A stretch of 64,000 nt of DNA. It comes from Eledone cirrhosa (taxonomy: Eukaryota). How positions within the stretch are numbered: the stretch's first letter is position 1; each line of letters opens with the position of its first letter. The DNA lies in the NCBI GenBank assembly GCA_964016885.1, contig OZ024745.1, forward strand, positions 132,246,001 to 132,310,000, written 5' to 3'. The position numbers were made by a program, and so were the translations under genes. The notes under the pieces are model-generated. The model was not told the DNA's origin, ran no database searches, and saw nothing but the letters and a program-made list of their open reading frames with translations. This document shows, piece by piece, positions 41,253 to 55,798 of the stretch.

Positions 41253-44200
41253 AGTTGCATTTATCTTGCTTTATGTCCATACGAGTTATCACCAAGTCAC
41301 AACCAGTGACCTCAAGAGACAACAAGGTCCGCCATGTTCAAGAAAGAACATACATATTCACACATGCATCCTTAGTGTTTAGACTTGTGATGTACTTATA
41401 TTGACAGGATCTTCCTTAGTATATGGGCAGTTCCCATTAGTACTATCTTTTGTATTTCTCCTATATGCGGGTTTCCTGGGATTTGCGATAAGTAGTCGTT
41501 AGACCCCTTAGGTATCATTCCCAGAGCGCCTACAACCACTGGTATTGTTTTAGTTCTCAATTTCCACATTTTTCCAATTTCTATCTCCAGGTCCTTATAC
41601 TTGCTCAATTTTTCAAATGTCTTTATAGATACATTCTTGTCTATTGGAACAGACATATCAATTAGCAGGCATACCCTCCTTTGAAAGTCCTTCAATATTA
41701 TATCAGGTCTATTTGCATCTATTTTTCGGTCTGTTTGGATGCTAAAGTTCCACAAGATTGAGATGTGATCTTTTTCAAGTATGAGAGGTGGTTGATGCTC
41801 CCACCAATTCTTTTGATGGGGCAGGTCAAAATGCTTACACATTATCCAATGTATGTATTGTGCAGCTCTGTCATGCCTGTTTAGGTATTCGGTTGGAGCT
41901 ATAGGACTGCACATTGAAATTATATGGTCAATGGTCTCTGGTTGTTTTTTGCATACACGGCATAATGGGCTGCACCCATTTTTTATTATGTTGGCTTGGT
42001 AATTTTTTGTTGGCAGACACTGATCTTGTGCCGATATAATCAGTCCTTCAGTCTCCGATTTCAGTCCAGAGGATGCCAACCACTGATGGGTTAAAGTTTT
42101 GTCAACATCAGGATTGTTAGCTCGCTCTGGGTATTTTCCATACAGAGGCTTTTCTTGCCATTTCTTAGCCAGTTTCTGTAGCAGTTCTTTCTTTGCAGTT
42201 ACTTTTACCTGCTTTGCTTTTTCTGTGTTTTCCATTTCAGCAGTAAATGGGACTTCTGAAATTTGTAGTCCATTACTGTATCTTTGTGCATCTTTTGTAA
42301 TGGAATATGATCTTTTGGTGCTTTCGTGTTTCAAAACGAGTTTGATCATCCAATCATGTGATTCCCTTAGATATGTGGATAATCCAATTGTTGCAGTTTT
42401 CAACGCAATGTCTAACTGGATTAACCCACGTCCTCCTTCTTTCCTAGGGAGATATATTCTATCTATGTCTGCCTTAGGGTGATGCATTCTGTGCATGGTT
42501 AAGAATTTTCGGATTTTTGTATCGAGCCTACGGATCTCTGTGCTTGACCAGTTGATGACATTGTAACTGTAGGTTACTACTGGTATGGCAAGCGTGTTTA
42601 TGGCATCGATCCTATTCCTTGCATTCAATTCCGTTCTTAAGATTGCTCTGACTCTGCGGTAACATTCCTTCCTTATCCTTTCCCTCATTGTCGAGTGCTT
42701 GATTCCGTCTCCTTCACAAACACCTAGATATTTGTAAGTTTTTTTCTTGATCAAGCTCTCTTATCACGTTCCCCCGATCAAGATTAATGTCTGAACTCTT
42801 CAGCAGCTTTCCTCTGGTGAACGTTGCTTTGGCGCATTTATCCAGTCCAAACTCCATTTTAATGTCATCACTGAACTGCTTCACAGTGGATAATAGCCCT
42901 TGCAATTGTTCATCATTTTTTGCAAATAGTTTCAGGTCATCCATGTAGAACAGGTGATTAATGGTTTTGTCATAGACTCTATATCCATGTTTTGTTTCAT
43001 TGAGCATTTTACTTAATGGTATAAGTGCGATGCAGAATAAAAGCGGTGATAAAGAGTCACCCTGAAAAATTCCACAATTAATATTAACTTCTCCAGCTTC
43101 CAGTGATTTTGTTTCACTATTCAAAAGGAGTGTCGTTCTCCATGTCCTCATACTGAATGACAAAAACCTCCTGACAACGGGGGATATTTTGAAAATCCCT
43201 AAACATTTTTCAATCCAACTGTGTGGCAAACTATCGAATGCTTTTTTATAATCTATCCAAGCAATCGATAGATTTTTGTGTCTATTATGACAATCTTCCA
43301 GTATCATTTTGTTAACCAGAAGCTGATCCTTACAGCCATATGAGCCTCGTTTACACCCTTTCTGCTCAATGGGAAATAGGTCATTTGTTATCAGGTGGTC
43401 ATATGTGTATTCAGTTAGGACTGATGTTAAAATTTTATACATTGTGGTCAAGCAGGTTATCGGTCTGTAATTTTTGGGATTGTTTGTCTCATCATTCTTC
43501 GGTAGCAGGAATGTAATTGCGTTAACTAGCCATGATGGTATCTTTTCTGGCTCCTTAACTATTTCATTGTAAAGTTGGGCTAACAGCTCATGAGACTCTG
43601 TGAAGGAATTTATCCAAAAATTTCGTATTTTGTCTTTTCCTGGGGATTTCCATTTGCTGGTTTTTCTTAGAGCCAAGCGCAGCTGTTCAACTGTTATATT
43701 TTCCCATGTTTGTTCTTCAAGGTGAGCTGTTTCTTTCATTTGTCTGTCTATCCATGGGGCATGTATGTTATGAACTTTTTCTTCGGCTCAGATCTTTTCC
43801 CAGAATTCTTGCACTTCCTCCTTGGGTGGTATTGATTTAGCAGTTATTGTTGACTTACCAATTTTTCTGTAGAAGTTTCTTTGGTTGTTTTTGAACATAT
43901 TATTGTCCTTATAGAATCTAGATCGTTTTTCAAAGCGCCTTATACGAGCAGCTTTGGCCGACACTTTTTGCTTGATTGTTTCTATCAGCATGTCTATGTC
44001 ACATGTTGATCTTATACTGTACTTTTTTTTCAATTTTCTAAGTTTAGTTTGTTTAACATGTTCACCTACTTTATAGTTTGTTAAAATTTCTATGTCAGAT
44101 TGGAGAAGGTTTATTTGGCGATTGATGTTATCTTGCCAAGTAGATTTCTTGTGGGAATTCCTTTGTTTTTTCATCTTCACTCCACATAAGTGAGTGGTGA

Positions 44201-44493
44201 CTTTAGCCGATGCATAATAGAGATGATTTAAGTCAGTAATGTTTAGTTTGTTTGTGATGATAATGTTTTTGAGAATTATGTTAGTCTTGTGTATTATCTT
44301 TTGGTTCTGTTTGGAGTTCTGGATCGTTGCCCCATGTCAGATTCTTTCATTTTCATCCATTCGATCATAATTTCATCCTTCAAGTTGGCAAGTTCATTCT
44401 CATTCATTTCTTTATCATTTACGATCTCATTATTTTCATTTGGAGTTTCATCCCGAGCATGCACTCCCTCCACTTTTTCGCTCCTTTCTTTAA
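41251..44493 (-). mobile_element. R4/Dong-clade non-LTR retrotransposon, 5'-truncated
   Basis: Single long ORF with RT (KSPGKD, NYRPITC, IDYKKAFDS, GIFQGDSLSPLLF, YMDD, YKYLG), CCHC knuckle (CRVCKKQPETIDHIISMC), RHD and RLE core (NRPDI..IDMSVP..EKLSKYKDL); flanked by (TAA)n/(GAA)n on its sense strand. Confidence 0.93.
41396..44260 (-). pseudogene. RT-RLE polyprotein with an in-frame TGA at 43790-43788 and a +1 frameshift in the A7 run at 42745-42739
   Basis: ORFs 43788-44180 and 42714-43739 are in the same frame (FWEKI*, probably TGG>TGA); removing one A joins ELDQEK to TYKYLG of ORF 41396-42754. Confidence 0.9.
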
Positions 44494-44535
44494 TTTCTTC
44501 TTCTTCTTCTTCTTCTTCTTCTTCTTCTTCTTCTT

Positions 44536-44607
<72 letters not shown>

Positions 44608-44842
44608 GTAATCCTTATCAAAAATTCAAAATGAATCTTAAATAACATTTATATTGGATTCAATGTTAATTTGGCAGTGAATAAAAGAAAATAATTTTAG
44701 TCATTATATTTTTTATATTAATTTATTATTTTTTTATATTAATTTGAAAAACTAAGAAGACACCAAAGAAAATAGAAATGCTTATGGGTTAGAATATCAT
44801 GTTGTCTCCTGTAAAATACACGTTTAACACGCACGCATACTA

Positions 44843-45330
44843 ACACACGAACGTACAGACATGGGCGAACACACACACACACACGAACGTACAGACATGG
44901 GCGAACACACACACACACACGAACGTACAGACATGGGCGAACATACACACACACACACGAACGTACAGACATGGGCGAACACACACACACACACGAACGT
45001 ACAGACATGGGCGAACACACACACACACACGAACGTACAGACATGGGCGAACATACACACACACACACACGAATGTACAGACATGGGCGAACACACACAC
45101 ACACACGAACGTACAGACATGGGCGAACATACACACACACACGAACGTACAGACATGGGCAAACATACACACACACACACACGAACGTACAGACATGGAC
45201 GAACATACATACATACATACACACATGAACGTACAGACATGGACGAACACACACACACACATGAACGTACAGACATGGACGAACATACATACACACACAC
45301 ACAAACGTACAGACATGGAAGAACATACAC
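44843..45330. repeat. Minisatellite: constant gaacgtacagacatgggcgaac alternating with variable (AC)n, ~14 copies; 40-bp duplication follows at 45405-45480
   Basis: Direct reading. Confidence 0.93.
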
Positions 45331-45716
45331 ACACACTCACACGAACACACAAAACGTACAAAACGCCCACACACAAAACAAAGGCGAACATACAAATATG
45401 CGCGCACATACACATAGGCGAACGTGCAAACACGTGTTCGCACATACACATAGGCGAACGTGCAAACACGTGTTCGCACACGCGCATTTTAATTGGCAAT
45501 AAAAATATCAACTGTGAACTTCCTGTTCCGGAATTGACAAACGTAGTATTGAAAAGGGTGATCATTCAGTCAGCAAGTTTATCCCCCTTGTTAATGGGTC
45601 CCTAATTCCAGCTGGGTCCTTAACTCCAGCTGGAGTTGTCCTGGCATTCCGACCTGGTAGAGAGAAGCTAACTTCGGCTGGAACACAAACCGATTTTTTC
45701 CAGGGAAAGTGTGTGC

Positions 45717-45815
<99 letters not shown>

Positions 45816-45840
45816 AGAGGAAGAATCAACCAAGAATCAA

Positions 45841-46005
45841 CTCGAGGATGAAAGAAAAAACTGACCTCGGCGTGATTTGAACTCTAAATAATTGTTTCCA
45901 TTTTTGGCACAAGGCCAGCAATTATCCCAATGCATTACTGGTACTTTATTTTATCGAGCCCGTAAGGATGAAAAGCAAAGTTAACCTCAGCGGGATTTGA
46001 ATGAA
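45841..46005 (-). mobile_element. SINE family A fragments (others at 46605-46815 +, 49293-49440 -, 50381-50495 +, 50701-50905 +, 51065-51160 -, 61140-61240 -)
   Basis: Shared core and tail sequence. Confidence 0.85.
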
Positions 46006-46188
46006 CTCTAAATAATAAAATAAAATTATTCATATATGAATATATAAATAATTTATATATTCATGACGTTTTAGGTGACTCCTTCCTCGTTCTTCTTCTC
46101 CTACTCTATTTCATTCACGCATTCACACACGCTCACATAAACATACACACATGTGCACCCCCCCACACACACTCTCTCGCTCGCTCTT

Positions 46189-46221
<33 letters not shown>

Positions 46222-46279
46222 TTACCACAAATACTCTGGTGCGTTATGGTCCATCTGGTTCCTTACCACAACTCGTTCG

Positions 46280-46374
<95 letters not shown>

Positions 46375-46474
46375 TATAATGATTTTAAATATATATACTT
46401 GCCTGTCTCTCCTCTATCAAGATAGATAATGCTGGTATATCATGAAATATTATACATCTGTATTATACATCTGT

Positions 46475-46545
46475 ATTATATCTGATGAGGGCATACTCTG
46501 ATTTATGTTACACATAAATTTTTGCATCCCCGAAATATATATAAT
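46475..46545 (+). ncRNA. Hammerhead-like motif (minimal AU stem III)
   Basis: attata-t-CTGATGA-GGG...gatttatg ttaca cataaatt...CCC-C-GAAA-tata-tataat; related copy at 48051-48095. Confidence 0.5.
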
Positions 46546-47125
46546 GAAATAAATAGTGATGATAAAAAGTATATATCTTTCGTTTATTACTATTATTATT
46601 ATAATGGGTAATTGCTGGCCTTGTGCCTAAAGTAGAAACAATTATTATAATATATATGCTATGATTTGCTTCGTAGAGCTACGGCCCTTTACGGTCCGAG
46701 TTCAAATTCCGCCGAGGATAACTTTGCCTTTCATCCTTACGGGGTCGATAAAATAAAGTACCAGTAATACACTGGATAATTGCTGGCCTTGTGCCAAATG
46801 TAGAAACAATTATAATTAATATATATATATATATATATAAAGGGTAACAAAATATCGTTATTGGTAATCCAGTTAGAGGTTGTGAAGTTTCTGAAGATCG
46901 AGCTAACATCCTATTTAAAATTGAGTGACACTGCTTCTAGTGTTCAGCAATTTTTAGACATCTTTATCAGTGAAACAATTGTTAGACTGTAAATAAATCC
47001 CCTTTTTTGTACTGTTGACCATATTATTCTCCACTTTTTAAAAATTATATACAATTATATACAATTATATAAAATTATATACAATTATATTAATTAGGGT
47101 CTCATAGTTATTAATAATCAACAGG

Positions 47126-47345
47126 GTACAGAGCGCGCAGTTATTTGATATACTTGAGTTGCGGTAGATTCCACAATTCCGAAGTTTCGTCCAAAGAATG
47201 GAGTATTTTAAATTCCTCTCTTTTAATGACCATATGAGCTGTGATAAAGAAGTGGATGATTTCCTCTTGGAGTTCCAGAATGTGGAGTTCGGAATTGTGG
47301 AGTCTACCGCAACTCAAGTATATCAAATAACTGCGCGCTCTGTAC
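47126..47345. repeat. Inverted repeat, 58-bp arms (1 mismatch), ~104-bp spacer; MITE or fold-back
   Basis: gtacagagcgcgcagttatttgatatacttgagttgcggtagattccacaattccgaa and its reverse complement ending 47345. Confidence 0.92.
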
Positions 47346-48050
47346 AATGGATATATATATATAAGTTGCTGAAAACTCTGCGTTAATCATTACACTAACT
47401 ACTTGACAATTAATTTTTAGATATTTCTAACAATAAGTACTTCATAAGCTTTACATACCGAACATGTTAACATTCTTATAGGTAATTTTCGTTAAAGATT
47501 ACATTTAGGGAAAATATTCAACAGTGTAAATTTTCCTTTCGCTGGCCAGGTAAATCCTTTAAATTTTGTCCTCATAAAATTCAGAAGTTTAGAAATGTTA
47601 ACACATTTATAGAATTTATAAAATGAATAAATATAAATAACCATAAAGTTTTAAAAAAACCCCAACATTTTGATTCTTCACTCTTAAAATAACATAAATT
47701 AAATATTTTGAAACTTAATCGTTTAACCTTTATGGAAAATAAATTTTTTTCTGCATATATTACTCCCCTTTATCTCTCCCTCTCTTTAAATCTTCTATCA
47801 GTTGCCTTCATAAACAGTTATAATTCAAGAGACGTTTTCCTAGATAATCATAACTTGTAGTATCCCACATTTTAAAATCTCCATAGCTGTCACATTAACC
47901 AACGTTTTTCTTACTCATACATCCTCTATTGAATTTATTACGTTTTCGCATTTTCTCATTATTAGGGTATAAATGTTGAGTTTTCTCTTAGGTTAATCAC
48001 TACCTTGATTGAATCTTAACCATTTAACATCTCAGGGTACGTCATGTATC

Positions 48051-48105
48051 ATTATATTTTGTCTGATGAGGACGTACTGTTGTACCTCTGAAATATGTAT
48101 AATAA
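48051..48105 (+). ncRNA. Hammerhead-like motif, degenerate
   Basis: CTGATGAGGACGTAC-TGTT-GTACCTCT-GAAA-TATGTA-TAATAA; flanks resemble 46430-46590. Confidence 0.4.
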
Positions 48106-48249
48106 AATTTAATTGATCAAAAGAACATCTATTTTATTAATATTTGTATTTTAATATTAATAACTCTGGAAAATTATTTTTCTTGTAGAGTGCTTCCAAT
48201 CTACTGTAAAACTCATTCTTTGATGTATTCATTGAATCTTGTTTAACTC

Positions 48250-48302
<53 letters not shown>

Positions 48303-49208
48303 TAAATTCAGCCAGAATCGTATTTCAGCTTGTAGAAAAAGCGAAACGAAACGGAAAATCGTAGAAATGCTGGCAAGCGCTCCAATAGTTAAGAAAACCA
48401 GAGCTAAACAATATGTTAAAACGCCATACAAACTGAAAAAGTGGTCAAGAAGGCATTAACCACCTCACCTAAGCCAAACTAACAAATCAAGCTAAACAGG
48501 TCAAACAAAATAAATGATAAAAACAGACCTGGACCCAAATGGAATTGATGGTAAAATCCAAATGCAGGGTTTCTATGACACCTAAATCAATAATACTGTC
48601 TGCTTAAAACTATAAGCTTTTAGCATAAAGATCGAACAAGGAATATCACGTTATCAACAGGTATTTTGCTCTGTAACCAACTTTGTGAGTGACGCAGAAC
48701 TTTGTAAAAGAACATGTGTAAGTCACAAGGGGAAAAACCCCAGATTTTGGCAAATGAATTGGTATATCATACAATAAATTGCATAGATAGCACAAATCGA
48801 ATAAGCACTCAACTGGGTAGTTTTAAAATTAAACTTATGCAATTAATCTGTCAATAGAATTATTAACAGGTTAATTGTAAGACTCGGGAGATTAATACAA
48901 ATATAAATTCAGCGAGAATCGTAAAGAAAATTACCAAAGAGAGGACAACGGATGGAAACAGTGAAGAGGACAGTGTGCTCAATACTTATATGATGCAAGA
49001 CAAGAGTGTAGGGAAATCAAGCAAGAGAAGGTTAAGCCATGAATATATAGGCAGAGCATAAATATATATATTAAGTAGGAGAAAAAACAACCCAATTCTT
49101 GAAAAAATATTTATCTGTTTACAATTGTTTTCGATGAAAATTGTAAACAAATAAATATCTTTTCAAGAATTTTGTTGTTTTGTCTCCTACTTAGTTTATA
49201 TATATACG

Positions 49209-49288
<80 letters not shown>

Positions 49289-49464
49289 AATAATTGTTGT
49301 TTCTTCTTTAAGCACAAGGCCAGCAATTTGAAGGGGGAGGGGAAAGCTGATTACATCGACCTCAGTTTGTTACCCGACTCTATTTTATCGACCCCGTTAG
49401 GATGAAAAGGAAAGCTAACTTCGTCGGCATTTGAACTAATAATACACATACACACACACACAGC

Positions 49465-49520
<56 letters not shown>

Positions 49521-52014
49521 TAGTGTGTGTGTGAGTAAGACATTGAGAACTTCTATATGTATAGAATATGAAATAGGGATAATGGAAAGGGCTTAATGGT
49601 ATTTATTGTTAACACGAACTCAACGCTCAAACAATGCGAAACATCTAAATGCGAAGGAAAATGAGTTGATAGCTAAACAATAAGAGCAAATGATAATGAA
49701 ACATCGCATTAGTGAGTACGGAAAGTTTTCTATGCACAACCCCCATAGTTCTACTGTAGAAATTAATGGTACACGAAATATCATGATTATAACTATAGAC
49801 TTAGGAAATTCATTTAGGGAGACATTAATTTCTTGACGTGTTTACGTAGGAGTAGCATTGAACAACTTTTATCACTTCTTTCTTATCCTTACTGTTCGAT
49901 GAGAAATATTGTGAATAAAAGAAATAGTAGTTCTTCCGCAGTTGAGTCTACGACGATATATTTCAACGGACATCTATCATTATCTTCATTCAAATTTTTT
50001 CTGAATAATTCAAAACTATGAAGGTCACGAAATGTTTAAATCCAAAACTTCTGTCATAGTGAGAAAGAGTTATATTATCGCAACAATATTTAAATTGTAA
50101 ATTATATAGCAATGTAACTTCGTTTGAAACAAAATTGCATTTGAAAAAAGCATTAAAGTCACACAAAATTTTCTTTTTTCATAAAAATGTGTGACCAAAG
50201 TGAAAAGATATTTACTTAGCTTCCGCTGACGTTCACTCTACATTTTATCACATTCGATACTATAATAATAACTTATTTATTGAAGCCAGTTTTTCGATTA
50301 TGTTATTTTATATGAATGTAAAAAATATTGACCCTGTCTGCAGATAAAACAGTCATATTTCTCATCATTATAACCGTTTAGGGCGGTGGATTGGCAGTAT
50401 TGGTAGAGGGTTGGAGTTCAAATCCCGCCAAGTTTAACTTTGCCTTTCATTCTTACGGGGTCGACAAAAAAAAGTACCAGTAATGAACTGGGATAATGGT
50501 TATAATTGTTTCTACTTTTGGCCTTTATAACCATTATAACCATTGACATTGACTGTATCATTACTGCAACTAGTAAATCTGTTTATATATATGGTTTAAC
50601 ACATGGCTAACTACCTTATGCTTTCAACTTTGGCAATTCTTATATGCAACTTCAAATCTATTGATTCTCAATATCTCTTGCTATTCTTTAAGAATACATG
50701 AGGCCGGTGGATTGGCAGAATCGTTAGAGGGTCGGACAATATGCTTCGTAGTATTTTGTTATAGCTCTTTACGTTCTCATATCAAATCACGCCGTGTGCC
50801 TTTCATAATTTTGAGTTCGATAAAATAAGGTATCAGTCCGGTACTGGAGTTGATATAATCGACTTTCTATTCCACTAAATCGCTGCCCTTGTGCTAAAAT
50901 TAAAAATAAATTAGATATGCATTATCAAATATAATATAACCAGTTAAACGTTGTTGAGTTATATGCATTGTTTTACTCATATGTCTGTATTATTACGATA
51001 TCGGCTGACGATATCCAAGACATCAGCACTATAAATATTCTCAGTAAGCCGAATCTCCATGATAAATAATTGTTTCTACTTTTGGCACAAGGCCATCAAT
51101 TATCCCAGTGTATTATTGGTACTTTATTTTATCAACCCCGTAAGGATGAAAGGCAAAGTCCATGATAAATAATGAGAGTATACGAACCTAACTTGTAGTA
51201 GCAGTGTTTATGATAATGAAATGTACAAAAAAAAAAATGATAATAATAATACTCAAATTAAACTTAATTTAGAAATACTAAACGAATCCCAAGTTATTCA
51301 AGTATTGTTCAGATATCTGTGACAGTATTTCTGATACAAAGAAAGACATTCTAAATCGGCTGAAATAAAAGCATTTAACTGATTGGCAAAGACTCAATCA
51401 TCAACATGCCAAAACTACTTAAAAGCATGTCATTCTTCTCTCCAATTTATTCTAACCCTTCTATAATTGTTTCTGCTTGCTCTTCTAAACAAATAAGTTG
51501 TGCAACACGTTTGACTTTATCTGTTGCATCAATTATTTTACATTTTGTCCATAATGCGATACATACCCCTTTAAAAAAACCTATAACAAACAATTTACTG
51601 GAAACTTCGATCTCAGAATTAAAGCCAAGGGGAATTTCCAATATTTTCTCTATGACTGAATTATGTGGCCGAACGAATAGTCTTACACCTGTCTGTAATC
51701 CCTGGCTATGCTACACGTACATCTAACATTTTAAAAATATATATTTGAAATGCATGTTTTTCCTGTCTCCTATTATTAACTTTCTTAACTATTTTTGACA
51801 AATGATTTTCACTCTACTTCATTTATCTGTAACCGTATGTTTTATTTTACTTTTTTTACTTCTTGTTATTGCATTTTGTCTGCTCCTATTTTTCATATAT
51901 TTTTCCGACACGGTTACCTTATATAAACATTGATGCTTGTGCTTATCTAACCTGCCATATTATGTATCTTCCAGCTGGGCTTGTGACAAAGCTTATATTT
52001 GTGTTTAACTTTTG

Positions 52015-52071
52015 TTAATAATTCCGATAAACCCAGCCTTGTGCTAGGATGAAACGATCGTCAGTTATTAA
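52015..52071 (+). ncRNA. Hammerhead-like motif with mutated core
   Basis: TTAATAATT-CCGATAA-stem II-GAAAC-GATC-GTC-AGTTATTAA: 9-bp stem I and palindromic stem III, but core differs from CTGATGA at two positions. Confidence 0.55.
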
Positions 52072-52200
52072 ATGTTTGAAAGATTAAACACTCTTTTATT
52101 GTTTTTGAATTGTATTTCCGCTCTGTATTATACTTGTTATTTTACATCAAGCTTTTTTCATACTTGTAACTGGGTAATATTTAATATTATTCACCATATA

Positions 52201-52318
<118 letters not shown>

Positions 52319-52332
52319 CATATATATATATG

Positions 52333-52922
<590 letters not shown>

Positions 52923-53741
52923 TATATATATAGCTATCTCAGAGCGCCAATTCAAATATATATATATATATATATATATATAGCTATACTTATGGTATTA
53001 ATATACAGAAATACAGAAATTCGGGTTGAACAATATTCGCATTAACCTCATCAATAATTATCGAGGATGCTTATATTGCAGTTACGTAAAGTTGCAACAA
53101 ACTTCTACCATGGTTTGGGTATGACTGTCAATAAATAATAAAAAGATAGATATTTAGATTCACAATAGCTGGTTTATAGAGTTTTATATAAACATTTGAA
53201 TGTAACAAACAAATATTGATATGACTCTACCATAAACGCTGTTGATACTACAAATGTTATCGATGTTATCATTGTAATTACGAATATATTATGTAATTAC
53301 AATCGAAAGTATATTGACTCGATCTTATGGCAGTACACGACACATATGACCCGGCAAGAATTGAACCTGGGATTCAGGAAGAATAAACTAAATATTCGAA
53401 ATCAATTATTCCAATATCCTACAATTATTTCTATCTTTCTCATCAACGTGATAATTATTGCAATCATTATTTTTTTAAACAATGACGTTTTATACATAGA
53501 AGCTATACAAAGCTCTCGTCCCATAATAGATATAAAAAATCGAATACAATTTCTGTTGTCTATTTTCACAAAAGCATTAATTTGAAGAAAAACAAAAAAG
53601 TAGAAAAGATAAATAAGAATAAACAAGTAACCAAAAACAAAAACGAATAGGAAACTTTAGAAAAAAATATTCCAGAGAATTGAGGTTTCGTGAGATGAAC
53701 AAAAACGAAAAGGAATTATTTAAATATTCATAAGAATAATG

Positions 53742-53940
<199 letters not shown>

Positions 53941-54238
53941 ATACATATATACATATATATGTATTATATATATATATATACACACACATATACATACACA
54001 CACACACATACACATACACACACACATATATATATATATACGCACATATATATATATCATTATTCTTATGAATATTTAAATAATTCCTTTTCATTTACAT
54101 GTTTATATATGTGTATATATATATATATATGTATATAAATATGTGTGTGTATATATATATATATTGTATATATATGTATATTTGTATATATATGCATATA
54201 CATATATTTATATATAGGTATATATATATGTGTATGTA

Positions 54239-54327
<89 letters not shown>

Positions 54328-55013
54328 GTGTGTGTGTGCGCGTTTGTATTCGCACATGTATAAATATGTGTGTACACACTTAGATCTAGATATACAGACA
54401 CACACATACACTCACATACAACTATGAATTATTTATATATATCTATTATTTATATATGTATAAATATTTTCATATAATGCGAATTGTATATAATATAATA
54501 TATGTATACATGTTTGGTATATAACTATATAATGTTGTATATATGATATAAATATTAGTTCACATACAAATATTAACATATAACTCAGATACATATACAC
54601 ACGCATACACATACACACACATATGAATAGAGATAGATATAAATATATATCTGTTAATGAGCTAAGATATATGCAAAAGTTATTGTCGAAGTAAGATGCT
54701 TAAAAAACATATGTATTATTATAAACAAGGAAATATGATGAGTGTCAGGCTATCGCTAGCCTCCATTGAAATTATTGTTTTACTTCTTGTTATAGTATAC
54801 AATAAATTTCTATTTAATTAAAAGCGTATACACACATGTCTATATGTAACGGTGTAGCAATCCGCGTGGCAGTATCTGATTGTAAAGATTAATAGAAAAA
54901 AGATGGATGACAATAAAATAAACTAAAATGAGTTAATATTCGCGTTGCAGTGTTCAGTGTATTGGAGAATAAAATATATAAATATATGCATAAATCTTGT
55001 TTATACATAAATC

Positions 55014-55060
<47 letters not shown>

Positions 55061-55074
55061 ACACACACACACAC

Positions 55075-55142
<68 letters not shown>

Positions 55143-55202
55143 GCGCACACACACACACACACACACACATACACCCACACCCACACATACACACACACAC
55201 AC

Positions 55203-55233
<31 letters not shown>

Positions 55234-55480
55234 CGTGTTTATCCCGGGTTCAATCGGAGGTAACCACAGTAAGTAAGGTACCCAATACATAGCAGAGTAT
55301 AAATATTTAATATAGAAATGGCTTCTACAGGACTAGAACTGTTTCATTCGGGAGAATTCATCAGGAATTGCAACTGCTAGACTTGAGAACAATCGAGAAT
55401 ATATAGTTTTCTCGTCTGTGTAATATATATATATATATATAGGTTTAGGAATAACCAAAGAGTGCTTAGAAATACATTGT

Positions 55481-55539
55481 TTTATTAGCTAACAATGTTT
55501 CATCCGTACCCTAAGGCAGGAATCATCAGAGCCTATAAA
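55481..55539 (-). ncRNA. Type-I hammerhead ribozyme-like motif, core intact
   Basis: Minus strand TTTATAGGCT-CTGATGA-TTCCTGCCTTAGGGTACGGAT-GAAAC-ATT-GTT-AGCTAATAAA; stem I 9/10 paired; GUU triplet. Confidence 0.7.
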
Positions 55540-55705
55540 CAAGAGTATATCAATAATTGCATGCTCCATCAGGCTGCGTCACCAGAAGAAGGTTAAGGGG
55601 CCAGCTGGGGGATCCTGAGACCAGCGCTAAATAGAAACAGACACAATTCATGATGCATATACTGTCATTTTTTTAAATGAGGCTTGTTTGCTTCGAAATC
55701 ACTAG

Positions 55706-55798
55706 ACGTATCTGAGGAACTTGTGAATCCAGAGTCCGATTCGATCTACTAACAGATCGCACCACGAGCTGTTCGCCAGAGAAACGATTGTAATACGT
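55706..55798 (+). ncRNA. Type-I hammerhead ribozyme-like motif with long stem II
   Basis: ACGTAT-CTGAGGA-[62 nt]-GAAAC-GATT-GTA-ATACGT; homologue of 10995-11091. Confidence 0.7.

Noticed and set aside
44843-45330. CRISPR-like repeat-spacer array or His/Thr-rich protein
   Set aside because: Spacers are only short (AC)n runs; ORFs are open because the repeat lacks stops.
51300-51726. Host gene from ORFs 51406-51726 (+) or 51447-51641 (-)
   Set aside because: No recognisable domain; LKPRGISNIF faintly recalls a PLE endonuclease C-terminus upstream of the 52015 motif, but is too weak to call.
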